A DNA stretch of 64,000 bases from Tepidisphaerales bacterium. GTDB lineage: Bacteria > Planctomycetota > Phycisphaerae > Tepidisphaerales > Tepidisphaeraceae. Positions 54,494 through 64,000 of the stretch are shown piece by piece. Each line of letters begins with the position of its first letter. Positions within the stretch are counted from its first letter, which is position 1. Made by a program: the position numbers and the translations under genes. The stretch is from the NCBI GenBank assembly GCA_038329845.1, contig JBBQNJ010000012.1:1-64000 (forward strand), read 5' to 3'. Below the pieces are notes generated by a model, which ran no database searches, had not been told where the DNA came from, and saw only the letters and a program-made list of their open reading frames with translations.

Positions 54494-56209
54494 ATGATCA
54501 ACCCCGTGCTGCGCAAAGACATCCTCGGCCTGCTGCGACTCAAGCGCGTCGCCGCCATCCAGGTCTTTTTCATCCTCGTTTTGTCGGTCATGGTCCTGGC
54601 GACATGGCCGCAATCCGGCGTGATCGGCGGAAGCGTCGAGGTCGCCCAGGCAAACTCGTCCATCAACGCCGGCACCGGCGACTCCGACGGCCTGGTGCGA
54701 CGCCAGGACCAACTGCTGCTGGGGCTGGTGGTGGGGCAGATCGTCCTGCTGGTGTTGTTCGTCCCCGGCATCGCCGCCACGGCGCTGACGGGCGAAAAAG
54801 AGGCCAACACGCTCGAGATGCTCTACGCCTCGCGCCTCACGCCCGGACAAATCATTTGGGGCAAAGTCGCGCTGTCGATCGCCTATCCCCTGCTGCTGTT
54901 GATCAGCGGGTTGCCGTTCGTGGCGCTGCTCAACTATCGCGGCGATGTGCAGAGCGGCGACTTACTCTGGTCGTATGTGATCCTGGTGGTGACGGCGATT
55001 TTCCTGGGCATGCTTTCGCTGGTGATCTCGGCGGTCTGCCGGCAATCCAGCACCGCGCTGGTCGCGGGGTACGTCGTGACCCTGACGGTCTGCGGCGGGG
55101 TGCTCGTGCCGGCGGCGATCATGCTCGATCAGCAGGGCGGCCCGCTGGCCGGCGTGTTGCACGGGGTGCGGGCGATCTCGCCCATCGCCGCGGCGTTGTC
55201 GCTGCTTCGGCCCCACCTCAACAGCCTGGGCGGTAGCGATCTGAAGCAGCTTCCGGCGCTGCATCCGATCTTCATCGTGGTGGCGGTGGTGGCGTCGGCG
55301 GGGTGTTTCATGGTGCTGGTGTCGCGGTTGCGGCGCCCGCCGCAGGAAGCCCTGCCCACGACGCCGCAAAGCCCGGCGCAGCGCTCGCTGGGTCGTCGTC
55401 TGATGTACCTGATCGATCCAAAAAAGCGCCGAAAGCCGTTCGGAACGTTTAATCCCATCCTGGGCAAGGAGCGGCGCACGAGCAATCTCGGCTCAGGGTC
55501 GTGGTTGATCCGGCTGACCTACGCAGCGCTGTTTTTGTCGCTGGCGCTGGCGGCGATGGCGTTGTACGGGGGCAGCGAATACAGCGATTTGCTTCGCTAC
55601 GTGGTGGCGATCCTGGTGTCGTTTCAGATGGGGATCATCGCGTTGGTGGTGCCCAGTCTCACCAGTTCGACGATCAGCAACGAACTGGAGAACGGCACGT
55701 TCGAGATTTTGCGTCTAGCGCCACTGCGGGGCTCGACGATCTTCTGGGGAAAGTTCATCCCGTCGTTTCTTCCGGCCCTGCTGCCCAACTTGGCGCTGCT
55801 GCCCGCCTATGGTGCCATCACCTTCATCGATCACGGCTATATTCCGCGGCTGGTGCTGCTGGTTCCCGTGATCGCCATGGCGGTGTTGTTCTGCTGCACG
55901 CTGGGGCTTACCTGCTCGACCTGGTTCAACAACACCGCCCGGGCCACGGTGACGGCGTACGTGATCACCGCCGCGGTGTTCGTCTTGCCGATGCTCGTGT
56001 GGTGGGCCTCGCCCGAGCCGATTCCCTTGCACACCGGCAAATGGATCGCGGCGATAAGCCCGCTGGTGATCGGGCTGAATCTGCTTCCGGCTTCCAGCTC
56101 CGAAGTGCAAGGCCTTTATGGCTATCACCTGTGGATTATGGGCGGCGCGTGCGTCGGGATGCTGCTGGCGGCGCGGATTCGCCTGGCGATGTTGCTGCGA
56201 CACGGTTAG
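54494..56209 (+). CDS. ABC-2 family transporter permease (large, >10 TM).
   Basis: Multiple hydrophobic helices, ABC-2 type topology. Immediately downstream of the ATPase. Confidence 0.7.
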   Translation: MINPVLRKDILGLLRLKRVAAIQVFFILVLSVMVLATWPQSGVIGGSVEVAQANSSINAGTGDSDGLVRRQDQLLLGLVVGQIVLLVLFVPGIAATALTGEKEANTLEMLYASRLTPGQIIWGKVALSIAYPLLLLISGLPFVALLNYRGDVQSGDLLWSYVILVVTAIFLGMLSLVISAVCRQSSTALVAGYVVTLTVCGGVLVPAAIMLDQQGGPLAGVLHGVRAISPIAAALSLLRPHLNSLGGSDLKQLPALHPIFIVVAVVASAGCFMVLVSRLRRPPQEALPTTPQSPAQRSLGRRLMYLIDPKKRRKPFGTFNPILGKERRTSNLGSGSWLIRLTYAALFLSLALAAMALYGGSEYSDLLRYVVAILVSFQMGIIALVVPSLTSSTISNELENGTFEILRLAPLRGSTIFWGKFIPSFLPALLPNLALLPAYGAITFIDHGYIPRLVLLVPVIAMAVLFCCTLGLTCSTWFNNTARATVTAYVITAAVFVLPMLVWWASPEPIPLHTGKWIAAISPLVIGLNLLPASSSEVQGLYGYHLWIMGGACVGMLLAARIRLAMLLRHG

Positions 56210-56225
56210 CAAGGAACGCACACTC

Positions 56226-57956
56226 ATGCACACCCTTCAACGGATTCTGTTGGCGCTGGGAATGGCGATTCTCGCGGTCGCCGTGCAACCCTCGCCGGCG
56301 CAGACGCACCCGGCGGATGACAAGCTGGGCTACGGCGATGAAGGATTGAACATTGCCCCGGCGATCGTGGTCAACACCACCTCGCCGCGCACGGTCAAGC
56401 TGCTGGGCGAGGCGCAGAAGGCGGCCGGGGGCAGCGCCAAGCTCGGGCTCACCGCCGAACTGGGCGCTACCAAGCGCCCCGAGGCGGGGCCCTGGCTTCG
56501 CGTGGCGATGATGGATGCCGATGCGGCGATTCGCGCCGAGGCGGCGCGGTCGGCGGGGTGGGCGCAGCTGAAAGACCTGGCACCGGACGTGGCGCGGCTG
56601 ATGAAAGATGCCCAGCCGCTGGTTCGGCGCGAGGCCGTGATCGCGTTGTCTCGCCTGAGTGAATCCGCCAGCGCCGATGAGCCGATCACCGCGCCGGCGC
56701 TGAACGATCCCGACGGCGAGGTGGTCGAGGCGGCGATCGCCCATGCCCGGACGGCCGCCGACGCGCGGGCGCTGCTGGCGGCGCTGCCGAAGCTGTCGCC
56801 GACTCGCCAGGTCAAGGCGATGGTTTCCCTGGGCCGGCTGCTCAAGCTCGAGCGGGCACCGGCGGTGGCGCAGCTCGCGGGATCGGAGGATGTGGCGCTG
56901 CGGACACAGGCCCTGATCACCCTGGGCCAGCTCGGCGCCTCGGCCCACGCGGCGCAGGTGAGTTCGGCGTTGAGTGATCGGCATCCGACCGTCCGCCGCG
57001 CGGCGATTACCGCGCTCGGACGCCTTGTCGAGCCGGCCACCGCCCAGGCGCGAGCCATCGCCATGCTCACGGATTCCGACCCTTCGGTCGCGGCGGCCGC
57101 CGCCGGCGTGCTGGCCGATCATCCCACCGCCGATGCCGTCACGCCGCTGGTCGCCCGGCTCGACAGCGATTACTCGCCGTTGCACGATGCGGCCCGCGCC
57201 GCCCTGGCGGCGGGCGCTCGGGATCCCACCCGGTCGGCCGTGATCGCCGCGGCGGCGGCGATGCTGGATTCGGCCAATCCGCGCCGGCGCGAGGATGGGT
57301 CATACCTGCTCGGGCATTTGCGCAGCGATGCCCGGCTGGACCGGCACATTGAGCTGCTGAACGTGCCGGACATTCTCCAGGAGGTGGACTGGTCGCTGGT
57401 GCGCCAGGCCGCCGAGTCACTGGGGCAAATCGGCGATTCCAAGGCCGGCGCGGCGCTGTACGTGCAGGTGCTGCGGGCGCCGACGGGCGAGAAGGATATA
57501 CAGCCGTCGAAGGACCCGACGGGGATGGCGCGGACATCGGCCGCGGCGATCGTCGCGGTGGGGCAACTGCGCTACGCCCCGGCGCTGCCGCATGTGCGCC
57601 AGCTGGCGTTCGCCAACGCCAAGACCGCCGATCCGACGGTGCATGTACCGGGGATATGGGCGCTGGGGGTGCTTTCGCCGGACGCCTCGAGCCAGACGGC
57701 AGGCAAGTTGCTGGGCGTGTACAAAAGTGAATTCGAAGGCGAGGATGCGATCTTCGAGGCGATGAAGGCGCTGGGGAACCTGCGTGCCAAGGGGGCGCTG
57801 GATCGCGTGCGGAAAATCGAGGAGGAGTCATCGATCGCGAAGATCAAGTGGGCCGCCCACTGGGCCGCCGATCGCATCGCCGGTGTCACCACCGCCTACA
57901 CCCCCCCGATCGAATCCTGGACCGCCGACACCTCGATCCGCGATCTGTCGCAATAG
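56226..57956 (+). CDS. Secreted HEAT-repeat protein (577 aa).
   Basis: Signal peptide MHTLQRILLALGMAILAVAV. Repeated …VRRAAITALGRL / …VAAAAAGVLAD HEAT/PBS-like units. Confidence 0.65.
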   Translation: MHTLQRILLALGMAILAVAVQPSPAQTHPADDKLGYGDEGLNIAPAIVVNTTSPRTVKLLGEAQKAAGGSAKLGLTAELGATKRPEAGPWLRVAMMDADAAIRAEAARSAGWAQLKDLAPDVARLMKDAQPLVRREAVIALSRLSESASADEPITAPALNDPDGEVVEAAIAHARTAADARALLAALPKLSPTRQVKAMVSLGRLLKLERAPAVAQLAGSEDVALRTQALITLGQLGASAHAAQVSSALSDRHPTVRRAAITALGRLVEPATAQARAIAMLTDSDPSVAAAAAGVLADHPTADAVTPLVARLDSDYSPLHDAARAALAAGARDPTRSAVIAAAAAMLDSANPRRREDGSYLLGHLRSDARLDRHIELLNVPDILQEVDWSLVRQAAESLGQIGDSKAGAALYVQVLRAPTGEKDIQPSKDPTGMARTSAAAIVAVGQLRYAPALPHVRQLAFANAKTADPTVHVPGIWALGVLSPDASSQTAGKLLGVYKSEFEGEDAIFEAMKALGNLRAKGALDRVRKIEEESSIAKIKWAAHWAADRIAGVTTAYTPPIESWTADTSIRDLSQ

Positions 57957-58277
57957 CCGATCGACGATTCAGCACCCTTCGCTCCGCGCCGCGCATCAGG
58001 CGAGAATGCGTGACCGTGTTCGCGGGCTGGATGTTCGGCCTCCCCGGCCTCGAATCCATAGATTTATCTCCAATCTCATCCGGTTGCTGAGAGCGCCGAG
58101 GGATGACCGACTGTGGGACCGCGAGAAAGACCGGGATGCACAGGATGGGCAGGATAAGGCTCGTTGGTCGGTCCGGCGCGCCCACCCTTCGTGGGCAAGC
58201 CCCCGGATCCTGCCCCGCGCATCACGCGTTGCTTCCCGCGACTGTCACGCCGGGCGGCGGTACAATGATGCTGGCCC

Positions 58278-60401
58278 ATGGACGTTTCGATTCCCGCCAA
58301 CCCGCGCCCGATCGATGTCGCCGCGATGGCGGATTTTCCCGGTTCGACCGAGACGATGATCGAATCGCTCAACGGCATCGGTCCGGCGCGGGCCAAGGAA
58401 CTGCGTCGGCTGGGGGTGGGGACGCTCACCGAGCTGCTGGATTATTTCCCCCGGCGCTACCAGTTCGAGGCCGCCGAGTGCCCGATCGCCCATCTTAAAC
58501 CCAACTGCGTGCAGGTGATTCGCGGCACGGTGACGGCGGTGGATTACATCGTGGGCCGGCGTCCGCGCTTCGAGGCGACGATCGACGACTCCAGCGCCGT
58601 CTGCTCGCTGGTCTGGTTCAACGGTGCCTACCTGCGCCCGCGCATCCACCCCGGCCTGCTGCTGCGCTGCAAGGCCCGGGTGCGGTTCTTCAAGGGGATC
58701 GCGCAGATGTCCCAGCCGAAATGGGAGATCATCGCCGAGGAGGCCGAGCCAATCGCCGACAGCAAGTTCCGCCCGATCTACCCGGCCAGCGAGCGACTCT
58801 CGAGCGAAGCGATCGCGCGGATCATCGAGCAGAATATCGACCAGGCCCTCGAGCAGATCGACGAATGGTTCGAGGCGGCGCTGTTGCGCCAGCGCCGGCT
58901 GATCGGCCGGCGCGAGGCCTACCGGCGAATCCATCTGCCGCTGAACTGGGACGAGGCAGCGCAGGCGCGGCGGCGGATCGTCTACGACGAGCTGATGCTC
59001 ATGCAACTGGGGCTGATCCTGTCCAAGCGGCTGCGCGACGGCCGGCTGAGCGCGCCGATCCTGCGAATCGACAAAACGCTCGACGAGCGCATCTGCCGGC
59101 GATTTGGGTTCGCCCTGACCGCCGCCCAGCGCCGAGCGACGTTCGACATCGTGTCCGATGTGCGCAGCGGTGAGCCGATGAACCGCCTGCTGCAAGGCGA
59201 TGTCGGTTCGGGAAAAACCGTCGTGGCCCTCTACGCGATGCTGGCGGCGGTGGCCAACCGGATGCAGGCGGCGCTGCTGGTGCCGACCGAGGTGCTGGCC
59301 GAGCAGCATTACCTGACCCTCAGTAGCCTGCTGCGCGGCTCGGCGGTCAACCTCGAGCTGTTCACCGGGCGCACTCGCCGTCAATCCGGCGGAAAACTTC
59401 TCGAAGGGCTTAGCGAGGGCCGGACGCACATCGTCGTGGGAACGCAGGCGCTGCTCCAGCCCGACATCGAGTTCGCCAATCTCGGGCTGGTGGTGGCCGA
59501 TGAGCAGCATCGCCTGGGCGTGCGCCAGCGTGCGACGCTCAAGGACAAAGGCCAGGCGCCGCATTATCTGATCATGACCGCCACCCCCATCCCGCGCACG
59601 CTGGCGCTGAGCTATTTCGCGGATTTCGACGTGACGGTCATCGACGAGTTGCCCCCGGGCCGCCAGCCGATCCATACCCGCTGGCTGCGCACGGATCAGG
59701 CGCTGCAGGCCTATGAGCTGATCCGCGCCGAGGCCGCCGCCGGACGACAGGCGTACATCGTGCTTCCCCAGATCGAGGATGACGGGCTGGATGAATCGCG
59801 CGGCGTGCTGCGCGAGTTCGATCGACTGGGCAAGGGACCGCTCAGCGGTCTGCGCCTTCGGATGCTGCACGGGCAGATGTCCACCGAGGACAAGCAGCGG
59901 GCCATGACCGAGTTCCGCGATGGTGGTGCCGATGTGCTGGTGGCGACCACGGTCATCGAGGTCGGGATCGATGTGCCCAATGCGACGGTCATGCTGATCG
60001 ACCAGGCCGACCGCTTCGGGCTTTCGCAGCTTCACCAGTTGCGCGGCCGCGTCGGCCGCGGCAAACGACCGAGCCATTGCCTGCTGATCTCCGACGCTGC
60101 CACCGCCGATGCCGAGGCCCGCCTCCAGGCGATGATGAAAACCCCGGATGGATTCGCCATCGCCGAGATGGATTTGCAGCTTCGCGGCCCGGGCGAGTTT
60201 TTCGGAACCCGCCAGCATGGGCTGCCGGAATTCAAGCTCGCCGACTTAAGCCAGGAGATGGCCCTGCTGCAGCAGGCCCGGGAGGATGCCGCGGCGATTC
60301 TCCTGCGCGACCCGGACCTAGTGGCCCCGACGCATCGCCATCTGCGCGGGGCCTTGGCGCGGCAGTTCGCCGGCGTCCTGCCGCTCGGGCAGATCGGGTG
60401 A
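58278..60401 (+). CDS. recG: ATP-dependent DNA helicase RecG.
   Basis: Wedge domain + SF2 helicase motifs (GDVGSGKT, DEQHRLGV, TATPIPRT, QLRGRVGRG). Confidence 0.9.
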   Translation: MDVSIPANPRPIDVAAMADFPGSTETMIESLNGIGPARAKELRRLGVGTLTELLDYFPRRYQFEAAECPIAHLKPNCVQVIRGTVTAVDYIVGRRPRFEATIDDSSAVCSLVWFNGAYLRPRIHPGLLLRCKARVRFFKGIAQMSQPKWEIIAEEAEPIADSKFRPIYPASERLSSEAIARIIEQNIDQALEQIDEWFEAALLRQRRLIGRREAYRRIHLPLNWDEAAQARRRIVYDELMLMQLGLILSKRLRDGRLSAPILRIDKTLDERICRRFGFALTAAQRRATFDIVSDVRSGEPMNRLLQGDVGSGKTVVALYAMLAAVANRMQAALLVPTEVLAEQHYLTLSSLLRGSAVNLELFTGRTRRQSGGKLLEGLSEGRTHIVVGTQALLQPDIEFANLGLVVADEQHRLGVRQRATLKDKGQAPHYLIMTATPIPRTLALSYFADFDVTVIDELPPGRQPIHTRWLRTDQALQAYELIRAEAAAGRQAYIVLPQIEDDGLDESRGVLREFDRLGKGPLSGLRLRMLHGQMSTEDKQRAMTEFRDGGADVLVATTVIEVGIDVPNATVMLIDQADRFGLSQLHQLRGRVGRGKRPSHCLLISDAATADAEARLQAMMKTPDGFAIAEMDLQLRGPGEFFGTRQHGLPEFKLADLSQEMALLQQAREDAAAILLRDPDLVAPTHRHLRGALARQFAGVLPLGQIG

Positions 60402-60410
60402 TCGCTCCAT

Positions 60411-60600
60411 CGCCGTTTTCAGCCGCCGCCGTTTTTTGCCGTCGCAGTTTTTTTTTGCTGCCGTTTTTCTTGTCCGTTATTTTTTCCGTCGCCGTTTTCT
60501 GTCCGTCGGTTTTCTTGTCCGTCGTTCTCCTGTCCGTCGTTTTTTTGTCCGGTCGGTTTTCTTGTCTGTCGTTCTTTTTCGTAGTCGGCTTTTTTCGACC
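60411..60600. repeat. T-rich degenerate tandem repeat (~12 units of TGTCCGTCGTTTTCT-like 13-15 bp) between recG and dus.
   Basis: ccgttttcagccgccgccgttttttgccgtcgcagtttttttttgctgccgtttttcttgtccgttattttttccgtcgccgttttctgtccgtcggttttcttgtccgtcgttctcctgtccgtcgtttttttgtccgg…. Confidence 0.75.
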
Positions 60601-60612
60601 GTCGCCGCAACC

Positions 60613-61653
60613 ATGCCCAACATCGGATCCATTCAACTCGCGACCCCGTTCTGCCAAGCCGGACTGGCCGGCTATTCCGACCGCGCCATGCGTCTAGTGG
60701 CCCGACGCCGCGGCTGCGGGTACGCCGTCACCGAATCGCTGCTCGACATCATCATGCTCAGCGGCGGGCTGGGTCTGCAAAAAAGCATCGACATCAACGA
60801 TGAGGATCATCCCATCGCCGGTCAGGTGATCGGCGCCGAGCCGCATCAACTCGCGGCGGCGGGGCGCATCCTCTGCGACCGTGGCTACGACGTGGTGGAC
60901 CTGAACTTCGCCTGCCCGGTCAAGAAGATCAAGAACAAATCGCGCGGCGGGCAGTTGCTCCAGGATGTTCCCCGCGCCATCGACTGCCTTAAGGCGCTGC
61001 GCGACGCAGCGCCGGCGAACGTGCCGACGACGGTGTCGCTGCGCCGCGGGTACGATGATTCGCCGCGCTCGGCCGAGGCGTTCGAGCGGATCGTCGAGTC
61101 GGCATGGGAAAACGGCTACGCGGCGATCCGCGTCCACGCCCGCACGGTCGAGCAGAAGTACCAGGGACAAAGCCACTGGCCCTTTTTGACCCGCCTCAAG
61201 CAGCGCTATCCCAATCGCACGATTCTCGGTAGCGGCGACGTGTTCACCGCCGAAGACGCCGTGCGAATGCTGAGCGAAACCGGCGTGGACATCGTATGGA
61301 TCGCCCGCGGCGCCATCGGCAATCCGTGGATTTTCGCCCAGGCGCAGGCGCTGCTCGAGGGTCGCGGCGACGCGATTCAGCCGCCGACCCTTCATCAGCA
61401 GCGCGATGCCTTGGCCGAGCATTTTGCGTTAGCGATGCAACTGCACGGCGAGCCGCTGGCGGGGCGGCGAATGCGGAAAATGGGGATCAAATACGCCCGT
61501 TTTCACCCGGAAAGCGCCCGGGTGAAATTCGAGTTCATCGCGGTTCATTCGCTGCGCGACTTCTCGGCGGCGCTGGATCGCTGGTACCGCCACGACGGCA
61601 CCGGCGTCTGGCCCGACGGGCGCATCGTCGATGAAGTGAACGCGACGGAGTAA
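60613..61653 (+). CDS. tRNA-dihydrouridine synthase.
   Basis: Dus family blocks (LAGYSDRAMRLV, DLNFACP, RVHART, GNP). Confidence 0.85.
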   Translation: MPNIGSIQLATPFCQAGLAGYSDRAMRLVARRRGCGYAVTESLLDIIMLSGGLGLQKSIDINDEDHPIAGQVIGAEPHQLAAAGRILCDRGYDVVDLNFACPVKKIKNKSRGGQLLQDVPRAIDCLKALRDAAPANVPTTVSLRRGYDDSPRSAEAFERIVESAWENGYAAIRVHARTVEQKYQGQSHWPFLTRLKQRYPNRTILGSGDVFTAEDAVRMLSETGVDIVWIARGAIGNPWIFAQAQALLEGRGDAIQPPTLHQQRDALAEHFALAMQLHGEPLAGRRMRKMGIKYARFHPESARVKFEFIAVHSLRDFSAALDRWYRHDGTGVWPDGRIVDEVNATE

Positions 61654-61755
61654 CCCGCGCGAAAAAAAAATTCGCTGGCGCGCCGACAAAAAAACATTGA
61701 CTGGCGTTTCAATCAAGACTACATTTGCGTTCAGAAAGGAGGTGACTTAATCGCC

Positions 61756-61824
61756 ATGGCTAAGAAGGCAGCAAAGAAGTCGTCCAAGAAGACGACCAAG
61801 AAGACGACCAAGAAGAGCAAGTAA
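61756..61824 (+). CDS. Candidate 22-aa lysine-rich micro-protein MAKKAAKKSSKKTTKKTTKKSK with a strong Shine-Dalgarno site.
   Basis: aaaggagg is 8 nt upstream of the ATG. TTGACT-like -35 further upstream. A structured 3' region and an intrinsic terminator lie downstream. Confidence 0.4.
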   Translation: MAKKAAKKSSKKTTKKTTKKSK

Positions 61825-61945
61825 TTTGCTCGCATTCGCCGGCCCCGTGGCTCGCCTTGGGTGAGACCGGCGAGATTGGTCAAACGCCTCGAAGTCACTC
61901 TTACCGTTTTGGGCCTTGGCTCCACTTAGGCCTCGAAACAAAAAG

Positions 61946-61981
61946 GAACCTTCTACCGCCACGGCAGAAGGTTCTTTTTTT
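61946..61981 (+). terminator. Rho-independent terminator (GAACCTTCTaCCGcca CGGcAGAAGGTTC + T8).
   Basis: 13-bp stem with one mismatch, 3-nt loop, followed by tttttttt. Confidence 0.75.
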
Positions 61982-62029
61982 GCGCGAGGGAAGGAGTGAG
62001 TGAGAGGGTGAGGGGGCGGCACGGCGGTA

Positions 62030-62260
62030 AGGCGACGCCCGCCCCGTTAGCCCGACGCGCCAGCGAGGGAATCCGGGGGTGCCGAAGCGATGCCCGCATC
62101 GCGTCCCCGTTAGCCCGACGCGCCAGCGAGGGAATGTGGCGAAGCGCCAGCGAGGGAACCCGAGCCGACACGGAATGCTACGACTACGACGCGGCCCGCG
62201 CGAAAACTACGACGCAGCCCGCGCGAAAACTACGACGCAGCCCGCGCGAAAACGCGGCGA
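62030..62260. repeat. Complex tandem-repeat region (2 units of CCCCGTTAGCCCGACGCGCCAGCGAGGGAAT, 3 of GCGCCAGCGAGGGAA, 3 of CTACGACGCAGCCCGCGCGAAAA).
   Basis: Direct reading of 62040-62255. Confidence 0.8.
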
Positions 62261-62348
62261 CTGCGGCCCGCGACGGTCGCCAACGCGTCCCCAACAAACC
62301 CCGTCCCTCTACCCACCCCCTGGCTCCTCCACCCCTGCCACACTCCCC

Positions 62349-63116
62349 TTACGGCTTCCGGTCCCCGTAGGTATATCGCGCCCACGTCCAGAAGCCGGAA
62401 TAGGGGTTGCGATTGCTATAAATGCTATACGACGAAGTGTATCCCGGATACACCTTCACCTCCGACCACGGGATCCACATCGCCGAGCCGTCCTGGAAAC
62501 CGGCGCAGATACCGCCGCGATGACCGAACTCCGAATTCGCCAAGTTGTTCGGGTCGGTGATGTAGTCGGCCACGAGGATCGGCGAAACGTTTCGGGCCGA
62601 CTGGGCGCCGACGAGATACAGGTTGGCCCGCGTGCGCTGGGCGGGGTTCGGGTTATTCAGGTCGTTCCACCCGATAGCCGTGCAGAACTTGCCGCAGTAG
62701 GTGGTGTACGTTTCGTTCTTGCTGGTCGGGTTCTTGATGATCTCGTTCAGGACGTGGCCGGGTTGCCGCCAGTTCCAGGTGGGCGTGGACGCCGGGCAGA
62801 ACGGGACGCGCGGGTCGGCGGACATATACTTCCAGTACATCAGCGCCCCGATCCCCTCGATAATCGGGGTGTTGCTCTTGATACGGTCGAGCCAGGAACC
62901 ATCGGTATTCGGGTAGATTTTGACCTCCTGGGCATACATGGTCGCGGCCAGAACGATCTGGCGCTCGTTGCTCAGGCAGGAGATTCGCATCGCCGTTTCG
63001 CGGGCCTTCATCAAGGCCGGTAACAAAATAGAGATAAGAACGGCGATAATGCCGATCACCACAAGCAATTCGACAAGGGTAAACCCGCGAATCCGGTCCA
63101 GTTTCGATGTCTGCAT
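62349..63116 (-). CDS. Prepilin-type N-terminal cleavage/methylation domain protein of the planctomycete DUF1559 family.
   Basis: Canonical [27 protein letters not shown]-terminal H-x9-DG-like region ([15 protein letters not shown]). Confidence 0.85.
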   Translation of the reverse strand: MQTSKLDRIRGFTLVELLVVIGIIAVLISILLPALMKARETAMRISCLSNERQIVLAATMYAQEVKIYPNTDGSWLDRIKSNTPIIEGIGALMYWKYMSADPRVPFCPASTPTWNWRQPGHVLNEIIKNPTSKNETYTTYCGKFCTAIGWNDLNNPNPAQRTRANLYLVGAQSARNVSPILVADYITDPNNLANSEFGHRGGICAGFQDGSAMWIPWSEVKVYPGYTSSYSIYSNRNPYSGFWTWARYTYGDRKP

Positions 63117-63350
63117 GGCCGCGCTCCCGACTAAATTATACCCGACCGAGATGATCCTGGAACTTACTTGCGATGAATCATATCACCCGCCCGCGTTCCT
63201 GTCAAGAAATATTTGCATACGGGGAATTCCCCACGATTATCCAAAAAAATTAATCTGATTTTTCCCTTGCATTCCGTCCACGCCGGGGTAGAATAGGACA
63301 ACTAGTTGCAATTCTGCCCGTTTTCCTGAACGCGCATCGAGGTCTTGGCT

Positions 63351-64000
63351 ATGGTCGGTCGCAGCGTCGTCAATCTGAAGCGCATCGCCACCGAGGCGAA
63401 TCTCTCGATTCCCACGGTCTCGCGGATTCTCAGCGGAAAAGACCGCTGTACCCCCGAAACCCGCGATCGCGTCTCCGAAATCGCCAAGCGGCTGCGTTAT
63501 CGGCCCAATCTGCTTGTCCGGGGCATCCAAAGCGGCAAAACCGGCAGCATCGGGGTGCTGGTCCACATCAGCGACGAGTTTTTCGCCCGCATGGCCGAGG
63601 GAATCCACGATGGCCTGGTCGCCGCCGACCGGGTTCCCATTTTTCTCTGGTCCAAGGGCAACTCCGAGGCCGCCCCGACCGAATTGCAGCAGCTTCACCG
63701 CCTGGTTGACCGCCGCGTGGATGGGATCATCTTGCATCCCCGCCAAGATTCGGTGGATGAGGCGTATTTGCGCGAGGTCTGGGATCGCAATCTGCCCCTG
63801 GTGACGATCGACCGGGAATTGGCCGCCACCCACGCCGATTTTGTCGGCACCGACGACGCCGCCGGGGCCCGGCTCGCCGCCGAACACCTGCTGTCGCTGG
63901 GTCATCGTCGCCTGGGCCATTTGTCCGGCCCGCGAACGGTGACGACGGCCTATTGGCGTGCCAACGGGTTCGAGAAAGGTGCCGCCGAGGCCGGGCTGAG
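63351..64000 (+). CDS. LacI-family transcriptional regulator (3' partial, runs off the window).
   Basis: N-terminal HTH (NLKRIATEANLSIPTVSRIL) then periplasmic-binding-like sugar-sensing domain. No stop before 64000, so it is absent from the ORF track. Confidence 0.7.
   Translation, partial: MVGRSVVNLKRIATEANLSIPTVSRILSGKDRCTPETRDRVSEIAKRLRYRPNLLVRGIQSGKTGSIGVLVHISDEFFARMAEGIHDGLVAADRVPIFLWSKGNSEAAPTELQQLHRLVDRRVDGIILHPRQDSVDEAYLREVWDRNLPLVTIDRELAATHADFVGTDDAAGARLAAEHLLSLGHRRLGHLSGPRTVTTAYWRANGFEKGAAEAGL

Noticed and set aside
62000-62350. Tandem repeats downstream of the DUF1559 gene as another 3'-end duplication
   Set aside because: Similarity between the repeat unit (ccccgttagcccgacgcg) and the gene tail (ccccttacggcttccgg) is too weak to call.

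Overview
High-GC (~65-70%) chromosomal window that looks planctomycete: sulfatases, a DUF1559 prepilin-type protein, HEAT-repeat secreted proteins and a PEP-CTERM protein. It mixes housekeeping genes with several accessory islands. Housekeeping: SufS-SufE/SufT, AccA, PurQ, cyclophilin, TyrA, HolA, MnmA, RecG, Dus, NuoA. Islands: (i) a compact Com/T2SS-like pseudopilus operon (short GspE ATPase, two tandem GspF platform paralogs, three small pseudopilin-like genes of which one is frameshifted at a G7 tract, then a membrane-anchored alpha/beta hydrolase and a lipoprotein); (ii) a Fic gene flanked by 13-bp perfect direct repeats; (iii) an NfeD-flotillin pair followed by a hicBA cassette bracketed by diverged copies of the flotillin 3' end, with a MITE inserted; (iv) a translationally coupled methyltransferase/glycosyltransferase cluster (MT-GT2 fusion, 2 MTs, GT-C/DUF2029 membrane protein, MFS); (v) a VapBC pair; (vi) a PepSY/COG4705/two-component module; (vii) an ABC transporter plus HEAT-repeat protein. 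The intergenic DNA is unusually rich in repeat families (a 102-bp MITE with 17-bp TIRs, a hairpin element with compensatory changes, a ~120-bp element at two loci, many tandem repeats). There is a recurring pattern of ~30-170 bp diverged duplications of gene 3' ends, in two cases enclosing inserted cassettes. No rRNA, tRNA or CRISPR was recognised. Hand-derived coordinates may be off by 1-2 nt. Start codons are frequently GTG/TTG and often overlap the upstream stop by 4 nt (NTGA).
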